Source: an uncultured Candidatus Binatia bacterium
GTDB lineage: Bacteria; Desulfobacterota; Binatia; UBA9968; CAXXLF01
NCBI GenBank assembly: GCA_965218425.1
Contig: OZ244621.1
Span: forward strand, 704,001-768,000
Direction: 5' to 3'
DNA: 64,000 nt
Part shown: piece after piece, positions 22,083 through 30,794 of the stretch
How the letters are laid out: each line of letters begins with the position of its first letter
Numbering within the stretch: position 1 is the first letter of the stretch
Made by a program: the position numbers and the translations under genes
Notes under the pieces: generated by a model
What the model was told of the DNA's origin: nothing
Database searches by the model: none
What the model saw: the letters and a program-made list of their open reading frames with translations, nothing else

Positions 22083-23162
22083 ATGAAATTTGCGCATTTT
22101 TCACATTGCTGGAACAAACCCGGCATGACTGCGGCTCAGCGCTACGAGCAGCTGTGGCGCGAACTGGCGCTCGCCGACGAGCTTGGATTCGAATTCGGAT
22201 TTACTGTGGAGCATCATTTCAACCCACGGGAGAGTTGTATGGTCTCCCCACCGGTCTATTGCACCGCCGGCGCCGTCCACACGCGACAGATGCGCCTCGG
22301 TCCCATGGGTTATGTGGTCCCCCTCTACGATCCTCTGCGCATCGCCGAGGAGGCGGCGGCACTGGACAATGCCACCAACGGCCGCCTGGAACTCGGCCTC
22401 GTTTCGGGAATCATACCTGACTTCTTTGGACCCTATAAGGCAGACTTTCAGAACCGCAGGGCCATCGCCAACGAGGGAATGGCCCTGGTAAAAACCGCAC
22501 TCACCTCGCAGGGCGCATTCAACTTCGAGGGAGACTTTCACCAGTATAAAGATGTAATCATGTCAGTGAAGCCACTACAGAAGCCGCACCCGCCGTTCTG
22601 GATGCAGTCCCGGGATGCCGACACGTTGGCGCTATTGGCCAAGGAGGGTGTCCACACCGGTTATCTATTCTTCCTGCCCAGAGCGGACACGGCGCCGCGG
22701 TACCGTCAGTATTTGCAATGGTGGCAACAGGCCGGACACCCGGACAAACCAAATATCGGTTACTGGGCCTTGGTGTACGTGGATGAGACGGACGAAAAAG
22801 CACGAGCCCAGGCTGCGCCCCATATCGTCCATGCATTTACCAAGGTCTTCGGTACGACACCTGATGGCAGGATCCCCCACTTACGGCTGGCTGAAAACTA
22901 TGAAAAGAGAGGAGAACCGGGGGCAGCCGAGATTGCCAGGAACCTGATTGACGTTAACTACCTCCTCGATCGCAATCTCGCGTTCGTGGGTTCTCCGGAT
23001 ACTGTGGCCCGCCAATTGAAGGCTGCCGCAGGTGAAGGACTTTTCAATACTATCTTTGGAGAGTTTAATTTTGGGGCCCTGGCCGAAGAAGATCTCATGC
23101 GCTCCATCAAACTCTTCGGCACCGAAGTTTTACCCCGCCTGCGGGATTACCGCCCGTACTAG
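22083..23162 (+). CDS. LLM-class flavin-dependent oxidoreductase
   Basis: VEHHF, PLRIAEEAAALD, KPLQKPHPP, VGSPDTV; TTGACA promoter at 22034. Confidence 0.9.
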   Translation: MKFAHFSHCWNKPGMTAAQRYEQLWRELALADELGFEFGFTVEHHFNPRESCMVSPPVYCTAGAVHTRQMRLGPMGYVVPLYDPLRIAEEAAALDNATNGRLELGLVSGIIPDFFGPYKADFQNRRAIANEGMALVKTALTSQGAFNFEGDFHQYKDVIMSVKPLQKPHPPFWMQSRDADTLALLAKEGVHTGYLFFLPRADTAPRYRQYLQWWQQAGHPDKPNIGYWALVYVDETDEKARAQAAPHIVHAFTKVFGTTPDGRIPHLRLAENYEKRGEPGAAEIARNLIDVNYLLDRNLAFVGSPDTVARQLKAAAGEGLFNTIFGEFNFGALAEEDLMRSIKLFGTEVLPRLRDYRPY

Positions 23163-23325
23163 TAAGAACTTACTGCAGAAGCGCCGGATTGCTCTTCCCC
23201 TTGGGGTGAAAATTTGTCAATTCTGTTTGGCCTCGGAGCCGCTCTGGGCCTGGCTTTGCTCAGTGATGGGCCGCTAGAATGAAATTAAAGAGCTATTTAA
23301 AAGTGTCCTACGGGTTGTTGGACGA

Positions 23326-23356
23326 AGAAAAACGGCGGCCCTGATGTGGACCGCCC
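23326..23356 (-). terminator. Rho-independent terminator on the minus strand
   Basis: GGCGGTCC-ACATCA-GGGCCGCC-G-TTTTT. Confidence 0.75.
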
Positions 23357-23575
23357 CCTTCAGTTTGCACGTTGCCATCCGGCTTCATGGGAAAGAGCCG
23401 GGGGAGCCATTCGACTCTTCCTGGCTCGGATTGTATGTGCAGCGGTGGGTCAGCTCAGAGTTACCCTAAAGCAGCCCCCCTACAAGGATTTATGCCGACA
23501 CTATGGTCCGTACGTTCCTTCTCCTGGGATGCCGAAACATAACCATACCTCCGGCGTCGCATAAACTCGGCAACT
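23326..23575 (-). ncRNA. Candidate large structured RNA of unknown family
   Basis: Closing stem, long hairpin, H-type pseudoknot, G-U pairs that favour the minus strand, own terminator. Confidence 0.55.
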
Positions 23576-23812
23576 CTCATCCATGCCCCTGTCGCAGATA
23601 CCGGGCAGTTGGTTTTCATCCCTGTTGTTACACGGGCGGATGAATCCCTGCAAAATTATAGGAGATTCTTTTGAGGCTGTTTTTATTCAGCCCAATGGAG
23701 GTAGAAAAATCTTACCCCATAAATGCTGTTTGCCTCGGCTGGGGACTGTCACAAGGCATCTAACTGCCTGCAATCTTTTCAGAACAATCAGAAACTAGCT
23801 GATTGGTGGGAA

Positions 23813-23853
23813 AGGTAAGTTTTTTCTTACCTGAGGTAATATAAATCTTACCT
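23813..23853. promoter_or_regulatory. Tandem palindromic operator-like sites AGGTAA-N8-TTACCT
   Basis: Two copies 21 bp apart; weaker N7 variant at 23699-23717. Confidence 0.6.
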
Positions 23854-24099
23854 TTTCTTTGGGTCGAGCTGGTCTATGTGAGACCGCTCCCTAGTGTTAG
23901 GAAGGCGAATACACCGACATCATCTGGAAAAGAGCTGTCAATTATCCCCAGAACGCAATTAAACGACGCATTGATTGCATCTTGTCAAAGCCGAACTAAA
24001 AGGCTTACAAAGCGTGCAGCGTTTGCAGGTTTTGGGTTGGATTTCTCTTGTTAAGGCAACGGCATTGCAACAGAATCATGCAAAATACTGACAGGTCAA

Positions 24100-25724
24100 T
24101 ACGGTCTGTTGCCCAAACGTCGGTTCAATAGCGCAATAGATCCAATCGAGCTATAACGTGTTTGTTTGCTCAAGCTATGACGGCTTGCTGCAAGACCATT
24201 GGATGGGGGGCCGCAAAGCGAATGGCCGCCCTCGTTGCTGCAGCCAATACGGCTCTGGGTTTTGGCCGTGTATGAACAATCATCAGCTGGATGTTGTGCA
24301 CAACGGCAATCAAGTAATCCTGAATCTGAACCCGCCAACGACCACGCCACCGCGCTCGTTTCAGTCCGTATCGTTTCCCTTGAGCAAACGATCGTTCCAT
24401 GAAATGCTGACGAACCTTGATATCTCTTCTTGCTGCTTGACTCCGTGCCCGGCTACGCACGCTATCCAATATCTCCTGGCGCTCATGGCGTTTGATGGTT
24501 CGCCCCGCACTTTGACAGTGAGTGCATTGGAGCCGCAAGGCACACTGCTGACACACCCCGCGGCTCGTCACGTACTCAAACGCTTTGCGCTCCACCCAGT
24601 GCTTACGCCGCCTAAGCGGTTGCCCTGCCGGACATGTATAAGTGTCGGTTTCTGGGTCATAAACAAACATACTTTCAGGAAATATCTTGCTCCGACGCTC
24701 CTGCTTATCCTGAGTCTGTTTCAATACCGCAATGTGAGCCATTACCCCACGGTCATAGCACTCCAGAAAATTAGCTGTAGTCCCGTACTTGCTGTCGGCT
24801 ACCACCACCTGGGCACTGCGTTGGGTATGGGCCTGATGATCCTTAAGGAGATCTGTCATGCGATGTGCTTCATTCTCATCCCCAGGGCCAACCATCGTCG
24901 CGGTAATCACCCCATACGCACCGTCAATCCCTCGGTGGGTCTGATAACGCAAATTAGAGTTCCCTTTCTTTCCCTTGCGTAGCACCGAGGCATCTGGATC
25001 GGTCGCCGACACGTAGCGCTGGTTGACAACGTTTTGCCGGGCAGGGTTCTGCGGTGGATCCTCATGCTTGTCCTCTCTTGCCTGTTCCCGCTCCTCCAAT
25101 CGCCCCTCCAACTCCTTGTATGCTGGCCTCAGGTAACGTTTAAGCCCCTGGGTGTCTATGATCGAGTGGCTCGATGCATCCGCAGCAATCAAACTGGAGT
25201 CGCAAAATAGCTTACTCCCGTCTACTAACCCGCTCTCCACACACTGCCACACTACTGGTTCGAAAAAGGAGCGAAACCACTCTACCCCCCAACGCCTCCT
25301 CGCCTTGCTCAGAACGCTGTGCTCGGGTATCTCCGAATCCAACTCCAATCCCAGAAACCACAACCAGTCCAGCCGCTCCGGTAATGTCGCCATCAACTCC
25401 CGCTCGCTACCAACGTTGTACAGCACCAAAAGCATCATCAGCTTTAATATCATTGGCGGTGCAATCGATACGTTGCCGTTGTATCCATATCGATCCTTGA
25501 CTTCTTGGTACACAAAATCAAAATCCACCATCCGTGCTACTTTGCGTAACACGTGGTCCGCTCGTATTCGTTTCTCCAGATTGATCCCTGTGTAGAACAG
25601 TGAAGGCTGAGGGGGGGGTTGATGACCCATCATAGCTTTGCTCCCTAAGTACCGAAATAACTGAGAGCATTATAACCAGAGGGCTCTCTTAACGCATTAA
25701 AAATATCGATTTGGGCAACAGACC
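24100..25724 (-). mobile_element. IS1182-like insertion sequence, copy 1
   Basis: 15-bp perfect IR GGTCTGTTGCCCAAA / TTTGGGCAACAGACC; second copy 12453 bp downstream. Confidence 0.9.
24170..25633 (-). CDS. IS1182-family DDE transposase
   Basis: DUF772-like N-terminus, DSSLI, TDPDA, ADSKYG, CPAG, Cys cluster, ERSFAQGKRYG. Confidence 0.9.
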   Translation of the reverse strand: MMGHQPPPQPSLFYTGINLEKRIRADHVLRKVARMVDFDFVYQEVKDRYGYNGNVSIAPPMILKLMMLLVLYNVGSERELMATLPERLDWLWFLGLELDSEIPEHSVLSKARRRWGVEWFRSFFEPVVWQCVESGLVDGSKLFCDSSLIAADASSHSIIDTQGLKRYLRPAYKELEGRLEEREQAREDKHEDPPQNPARQNVVNQRYVSATDPDASVLRKGKKGNSNLRYQTHRGIDGAYGVITATMVGPGDENEAHRMTDLLKDHQAHTQRSAQVVVADSKYGTTANFLECYDRGVMAHIAVLKQTQDKQERRSKIFPESMFVYDPETDTYTCPAGQPLRRRKHWVERKAFEYVTSRGVCQQCALRLQCTHCQSAGRTIKRHERQEILDSVRSRARSQAARRDIKVRQHFMERSFAQGKRYGLKRARWRGRWRVQIQDYLIAVVHNIQLMIVHTRPKPRAVLAAATRAAIRFAAPHPMVLQQAVIA

Positions 25725-26005
25725 GAAAAGACTTGACCCCTTCGCCATTTACGCCAGAAATCAGCCATCGGGTCATGCGGGTCAGCTTTAGGCGCCCGCG
25801 CCCGGCACGAAGGCTCCTCCACGGCAGAGTTTAAACACCCGATAGGATACGCGAACCTCACACGATTTGTGAAACTAAAAGATTTTGGGGTATGGGATAT
25901 TTCAATTTGGGCAAATGCGCGGCGGTGGCGTTGTCAGACTAACTGGATAAGGATTCGACCCGCCGACGAGGCAGACCGGACACAGGGGACATCAGCGATG
26001 TACCC

Positions 26006-26034
26006 TTGACGTACATCATCCAACTTGTTATCTT
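26006..26034 (+). promoter_or_regulatory. Putative higBA promoter
   Basis: TTGACG-17 nt-TATCTT. Confidence 0.6.
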
Positions 26035-26042
26035 GGCAGGAA

Positions 26043-26330
26043 GTGATCCTCGGCTATCGAGACAGGAAGACGCGGGCGTTCGCCGAAGGACGGTCGGTCA
26101 AGGCGTTCCGCAGCTTCGAGAGCCAGGCCGCGAGACGGCTCGCCATCCTGAATGCTGCGCCTTCGCTCGATACCCTGCGGTCCCTGCCGGGAAACCACCT
26201 CGAAGCGCTCAGGGGCGACAGAATGGGCCGGTACTCCATTCGCATCAATCGGCAATGGAGACTGTGTTTCGAGTGGCCGGCCGGCCAGGCAGGACCGCAC
26301 AACGTTGAGATCGTGGACTACCACGGATGA
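26043..26330 (+). CDS. higB: HigB/RelE-family toxin
   Basis: PGNHLEALRGDRMGRYSIRINRQWRLCFEW...VEIVDYH. Confidence 0.92.
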   Translation: MILGYRDRKTRAFAEGRSVKAFRSFESQAARRLAILNAAPSLDTLRSLPGNHLEALRGDRMGRYSIRINRQWRLCFEWPAGQAGPHNVEIVDYHG

Positions 26331-26346
26331 CAAGGAGGAAGGTCCG

Positions 26347-26664
26347 ATGTTCATGAGAGCAGTGCATCCCGGCGAGATCCTGAAGGGCGAGCTGGAAGAA
26401 CTGGGGATCACCCCGACGGAGTTCGCACGGCAGATTGACGTGCCCCCTAACCGGGTGAGCCAGATCATCGCAGGCAAGCGTTCGGTCACCGGCGACACCG
26501 CGCTACGCTTCGGCCACTGGTTCGGCGGCGACCCCCAATTCTGGCTCAACCTTCAGGCGCAGTACGACCTGGTTCAAGCCCACAGGGAGACGGGCGCCGA
26601 GATCCGCCATCTGCCGACCAGGGCCGGAACTCCGGGTAAGGGTGCCGCGCCGGGAATCGCATGA
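26347..26664 (+). CDS. higA: HigA family antitoxin
   Basis: VHPGEIL, HTH, PQFWLNLQAQYDL. Confidence 0.92.
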   Translation: MFMRAVHPGEILKGELEELGITPTEFARQIDVPPNRVSQIIAGKRSVTGDTALRFGHWFGGDPQFWLNLQAQYDLVQAHRETGAEIRHLPTRAGTPGKGAAPGIA

Positions 26665-27313
26665 ACGGCAGCGAGAGCAAGGGTGCGGCTCGAGCAACGG
26701 GACGGGACCGATGAGGAAAGCGGACGGCGCGGTCGTGGAACCGGCGCGCGGCGCCGGGACAAGTTGCGCGGATGGGGAGACGGACGGATCACCTGCCGCG
26801 CTATGCCAAGGGCAGGGGCGGGCAGTCTTCGGAGGTGCCGGCGATCTACGGCGATGCAAGGCTCGGCAAGCTGCCCAGGCATCTGAGGCATTGAGCGCGG
26901 TCGATGCACGGCCCTTCCAGAGGCTTTGCATGGGCGATTTACGGGTCATTTCGCCCCGGAATTTCTCGGATTTTCCCAGCCATTTTCAATTATTTTTGAT
27001 CCGCTGCGCCGACGAGCGCCTCGTCGATGGCATTTAGCTGAGCGTATCGTTTGTGACAGTCTATCCCGACGTAAAGCATGGGGTCTTCTCCTTTCAGGTA
27101 TGACGGCCGCTACAACCACCATCCTACTGGAGCTTGACGCCTTTTTCATGTTACCTGACCCCCCATTACCGCGACGGGGAATCCGGAAGTAGAAACTGGA
27201 AGACCCTGACAGACTGATCTGGGCCTGAGTCGCCGGGCGAAAGCGGCGGTGGAGATGGATTCGAGTACACAGATCCCTCGCAGCGACGGGTGCTGTTCGC
27301 CGTGTAGCGGCTG

Positions 27314-27850
27314 TCAGTGCCGGTAGCCCCTGAGCCGGTCGTAACCCTCAATCTGCTCGCCCGTGAGTTCGCGGGTACTCTCGATGTGCGCGAGCAAGTG
27401 GATCGCCTGAAGCTGTCCGCGCATGATGCCTAGATGTTCGGTAACGCGCTTCACTTCCGCCGCCGTCGGCTGTCCTGAAGTAAACAGGTTCGCAAGGTGG
27501 AACTCCGCTTTGAGTATGTCTTCACCTTTGGCAATTGCCTGGGTGCTCATCTTCTTATGAATCGCCTCGATACGCTCGATCTGTGCGTGGTTGAGATCGA
27601 GTTCCGACATGAGTTCGAGAAGATGCTTCGGCCCAGGGAAGTGGTTCAACTCGGCGGCTCGCGCAAGGCCCATGCCTTCGCCGTTCCGCAACTCGCGCAC
27701 TTCATCGGGCGTAAGGCTTGAAACTTCGGTGCTCTGAGCATGCGCATAGGACGATGTCTTGTGAGTATGCTGTGCCAGTGCGGAAGTTGAAGCGGCGGCG
27801 AACAGGCTGATCCAGCCAAACAGCCTGAACATGGCGGTAGGTGTCGTCAT
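27314..27850 (-). CDS. Periplasmic Spy/CpxP/heavy-metal-sensor-like helical protein
   Basis: Signal peptide, GEGMGLARAAELNHFPGPKH, LTGEQIEGYDRLRGY. Confidence 0.7.
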   Translation of the reverse strand: MTTPTAMFRLFGWISLFAAASTSALAQHTHKTSSYAHAQSTEVSSLTPDEVRELRNGEGMGLARAAELNHFPGPKHLLELMSELDLNHAQIERIEAIHKKMSTQAIAKGEDILKAEFHLANLFTSGQPTAAEVKRVTEHLGIMRGQLQAIHLLAHIESTRELTGEQIEGYDRLRGYRH

Positions 27851-27995
27851 TGATCGACTCCGTGATCGAGAAACGGGAGACCGGCACTGTTGCCTGCTTC
27901 AGAACCCGGCCGCCGCGCCAGCCTCTTTCCAGGTCCTGGGTCTCTGTCTGCTCTCATCGGTTCTCACCTCCACGCCCTACACTAATTCCAATAAA

Positions 27996-28200
27996 GGGGT
28001 CAAATCTTTTATTGACAAATAACATCTTCCGGATTTTCCAGCCGCCTCCGAAATCTTCCATCCGCCTCACGCTTTAATTGAATCCCATGGCGCGTCCAGC
28101 CCACCGCACCGTAACTCTTCACTCCAGACTCCCCGGCTGCTTCCACCAACGTCATATCGCTTAGCCTCTTCATTCGCCGACGCCTCATTTTTATCTTCAT
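27996..28200 (-). pseudogene. C-terminal HTH remnant resembling REP-associated tyrosine transposases, ending in a REP-like palindrome
   Basis: MKRLSDMTLVEAAGESGVKSYGAVGW...VICQ followed by GTCAATAAAAGATTTGACCCC. Confidence 0.5.
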
Positions 28201-28287
28201 CCACTTGCCGGCTTCAACCCCGTTTGTTCTTGTCTCTTTTGAGTATTGACTCGCCATTGTGCCGGTTTTTCTTTATCTCACAAAGGG

Positions 28288-28500
28288 ATGCGTTGGGTCG
28301 CAATCCCGCTAGCCCTTGCCGTTCTTTTCATTTCCGTCAGCGCCACTCAAGCACGATCTCCCCGAATCCGGGAGACTACCCTCGAAAACGGGCTCAAGGT
28401 GTTTGTTCTGGAGAATCACAAGAGCCCCGCTGTCACCTTCCAGGTACCTCAGGGGAAGATCCACGAATACATCCCCAACGGCGAACCGGCCGTTCGGTAG
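28288..28500 (+). pseudogene. M16 peptidase (pitrilysin) N-terminal fragment
   Basis: Signal peptide plus ETTLENGLKVFVLENHKSPAVTFQV, then loss of similarity before the HxxEH motif. Confidence 0.7.
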
Positions 28501-28578
28501 TCTTCTCACTTTCCCGTCCTCACCTCTTTCCCAATTTCATACTCTGCTCTAAAATTGTTTCCATAGGAGCGCCAAGCG

Positions 28579-29916
28579 TTGGCAAAGGAAAAGGCACTAG
28601 CAATTATAAAGCGGCTGCGCGACGAAAAACACCAGGCATTCCTGGCCGGCGGCTGTGTGCGGGACGATCTCCTGGGAAGGGCTGCCAAAGACTACGATAT
28701 TGCCACGGACGCCCAACCCGGCGAAGTCCAGCGCATCTTTCCTCAAACCATTCCCCTGGGAACCCAATTCGGCGTGGTCCTGGTGGTTCTGGAGGGGGAA
28801 TCCTTTGCTGTAACCACCTTTCGCTTCGACGGTCCCTACCTCGACGGGCGCCACCCCAGCCATGTGCGCTTCGGCAGCATGGAAGAGGATATCAGGCGAC
28901 GGGACTTTACCATCAATGGGATGCTGTACGACACCTACGAGAACCGCGTCATCGATCTGGTTGGCGGTGCAGAAGATCTGCGCAGGGGCGTCGTCCGCGC
29001 CATCGGAGACCCCCGCCGGCGATTTGAAGAAGACCGCCTTCGCATGGTCAGGGCCGTACGTTTCGCGGCAGGCCTCGGATTCACCATTGAAGAGAACACT
29101 TTAAGGGCCATCCAAGGAGAGGCCCCATCCATTATCCAGGTTGCGTGGGAGCGAATTGGTGAAGAGACCACCCGAGTGTTGACCGAGGGCGGGGCCAGGA
29201 GAGGTTTCGAGCTCTTGGACACCACAGGGCTGCTAGGCGCCCTGATACCCGAGGTGGTGGCGCTAAAGGGTGTCGAGCAGAGTCCAGAATATCACCCCGA
29301 GGGAAACGTCTTTACCCACACAATGGGGCTGCTCGGTCATCTTACCGCTCCCGCGGAGACCCTTGCCTACGGCTGCCTCTTCCACGACATTGCCAAGCCA
29401 CCCTGTTTCGAACGGCGGGGCGATAAAATCACTTTTTACAATCATACCGAGAAAGGCGCCGAAATGGCCGTGGAGATCCTAAAACGGCTGAAGCGAAGCC
29501 GGACGGTTTGGGAGAGGGTGGCTTTCCTGGTGAAAAATCACCTGCGATACACCCAGGCGCCGAAGATGCGCCTGAGCACCTTGAAGAGGTTTTTACGCGA
29601 GGATGCCATAGAGGAATTGTTGGAGCTCTGCCGGATCGATGCCCTTTCCGCCAATGGAGATCTCCAGTACTACAATTTCTGCAGGCAGAAGCTGGCGGAG
29701 CTCAACGAGGAAGAGATTCACCCCTCCCCGCTGCTCAGGGGTAAAGACCTCATTGCAATGGGCTTCTCTCCGGGGCCAATATTTCGGGAGATTCTTAAGC
29801 AGATTGAAGAGGGTCAGCTAAACGGTGAAATTTTGAGCAGGGACCAGGCAATGGACTGGATAAGAAAAGAATATGGCAACCCAAAGGAGGAACGGGGTAA
29901 AATCGAGGTAAAATAA
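28579..29916 (+). CDS. cca: CCA tRNA nucleotidyltransferase / poly(A) polymerase family with HD-like domain
   Basis: GGCVRD, DYDIATD, RRDFTIN, EDRLRMVRAVRF, HDIAK. Confidence 0.85.
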   Translation: MAKEKALAIIKRLRDEKHQAFLAGGCVRDDLLGRAAKDYDIATDAQPGEVQRIFPQTIPLGTQFGVVLVVLEGESFAVTTFRFDGPYLDGRHPSHVRFGSMEEDIRRRDFTINGMLYDTYENRVIDLVGGAEDLRRGVVRAIGDPRRRFEEDRLRMVRAVRFAAGLGFTIEENTLRAIQGEAPSIIQVAWERIGEETTRVLTEGGARRGFELLDTTGLLGALIPEVVALKGVEQSPEYHPEGNVFTHTMGLLGHLTAPAETLAYGCLFHDIAKPPCFERRGDKITFYNHTEKGAEMAVEILKRLKRSRTVWERVAFLVKNHLRYTQAPKMRLSTLKRFLREDAIEELLELCRIDALSANGDLQYYNFCRQKLAELNEEEIHPSPLLRGKDLIAMGFSPGPIFREILKQIEEGQLNGEILSRDQAMDWIRKEYGNPKEERGKIEVK

Positions 29917-29936
29917 CCTGGTCGAACTTTTCCAGG

Positions 29937-30749
29937 CTATGAACCCGGATCTTCATGATGGGGCACCTTAAGGGCCAAACACTTCGCGCTGCCGCCTGCT
30001 TTAATAAACTCGCTCAGGGGGGTCTCGTAGACGGAGAAGCCCTGTTTTTCTAAGCTTGATCGTACTTCAGGGCAACCATCGTTCATGACGATGTTCGTGC
30101 CATCCACGATTGCATTGCAAGCAAACCTCTTGGCCTCGGCTTCCGGCACAGGGATGAGAGTTGGGATGCGACTTTCCAGCACTTTGATACCGTAAGGGTC
30201 AAAGGCGCCGGGGAAAAACAGCGCCCGGTTGCCCCCCAAAGGACAAAAACACGTGTCTAGATGATAGAACCACTCATTGGTCAGCTCCAGCGACAAGACC
30301 TCTCGTTGGAGCAGCTCTGCGATTTTATGGTGCGGTTGGATATCGGATCGGATATGGTAACCGGCATAGAAACTATCCCCGCAAAGCAGGAGGTCCCCTT
30401 CTCCTTCGAAAAACTCCTCCCCCGCAATATTGACAATCTCGTAGCCTCTTACCTGGAACCATTCCTCAAACTGAGACGCCTCTCCCCTTCTGACCTCGTG
30501 GCGGAATTTGCTCGGGAAAAATGTTTCGTTCCAAACCAGGCCAGCGTTGGCGGTGAAGACCATGTCGGGAAGGCCAGGTACGGGTTCCGCCAGCACAACC
30601 TCTACATCCAGCCGATCCTGAAGAAGTCGCGAAAGCAGTCTCCATTGTTCTTTCGCCAAATCAGTATCACTGGGTTCATTGCGCCTCATCCAGGGGTTAA
30701 TCTCGTATACGATGCCATAGTATATGGGAGGACACATCAGCAGTCGCAT
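29937..30749 (-). CDS. Amidinotransferase-fold protein (ArgZ/AgrE N-terminal arginine dihydrolase-like)
   Basis: LMCPP, YEINPWM, PDMVFTAN, FEGEGD, YHLDTCF, GGSAKCL. Confidence 0.85.
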   Translation of the reverse strand: MRLLMCPPIYYGIVYEINPWMRRNEPSDTDLAKEQWRLLSRLLQDRLDVEVVLAEPVPGLPDMVFTANAGLVWNETFFPSKFRHEVRRGEASQFEEWFQVRGYEIVNIAGEEFFEGEGDLLLCGDSFYAGYHIRSDIQPHHKIAELLQREVLSLELTNEWFYHLDTCFCPLGGNRALFFPGAFDPYGIKVLESRIPTLIPVPEAEAKRFACNAIVDGTNIVMNDGCPEVRSSLEKQGFSVYETPLSEFIKAGGSAKCLALKVPHHEDPGS

Positions 30750-30794
30750 GGTTAAACTCCACTAATTCCAAATGATTGTGTTCGGTTCGGCCCG

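Noticed and set aside
23326..23575. tmRNA, RNase P or HEARO/omegaRNA identity for the structured RNA
   Set aside because: No T-arm/CCA end, no GAGGAAAGTCC, no adjacent IscB or TnpB gene; the peptide does not resemble an ssrA tag
24158..24982. 274-aa plus-strand ORF (and its twin at 36611-37435)
   Set aside because: Antisense to the IS1182 transposase; duplicated only because the IS is
28224..29027. 267-aa alternative-frame ORF overlapping cca
   Set aside because: Arg/Pro-rich off-frame translation with no domain signal
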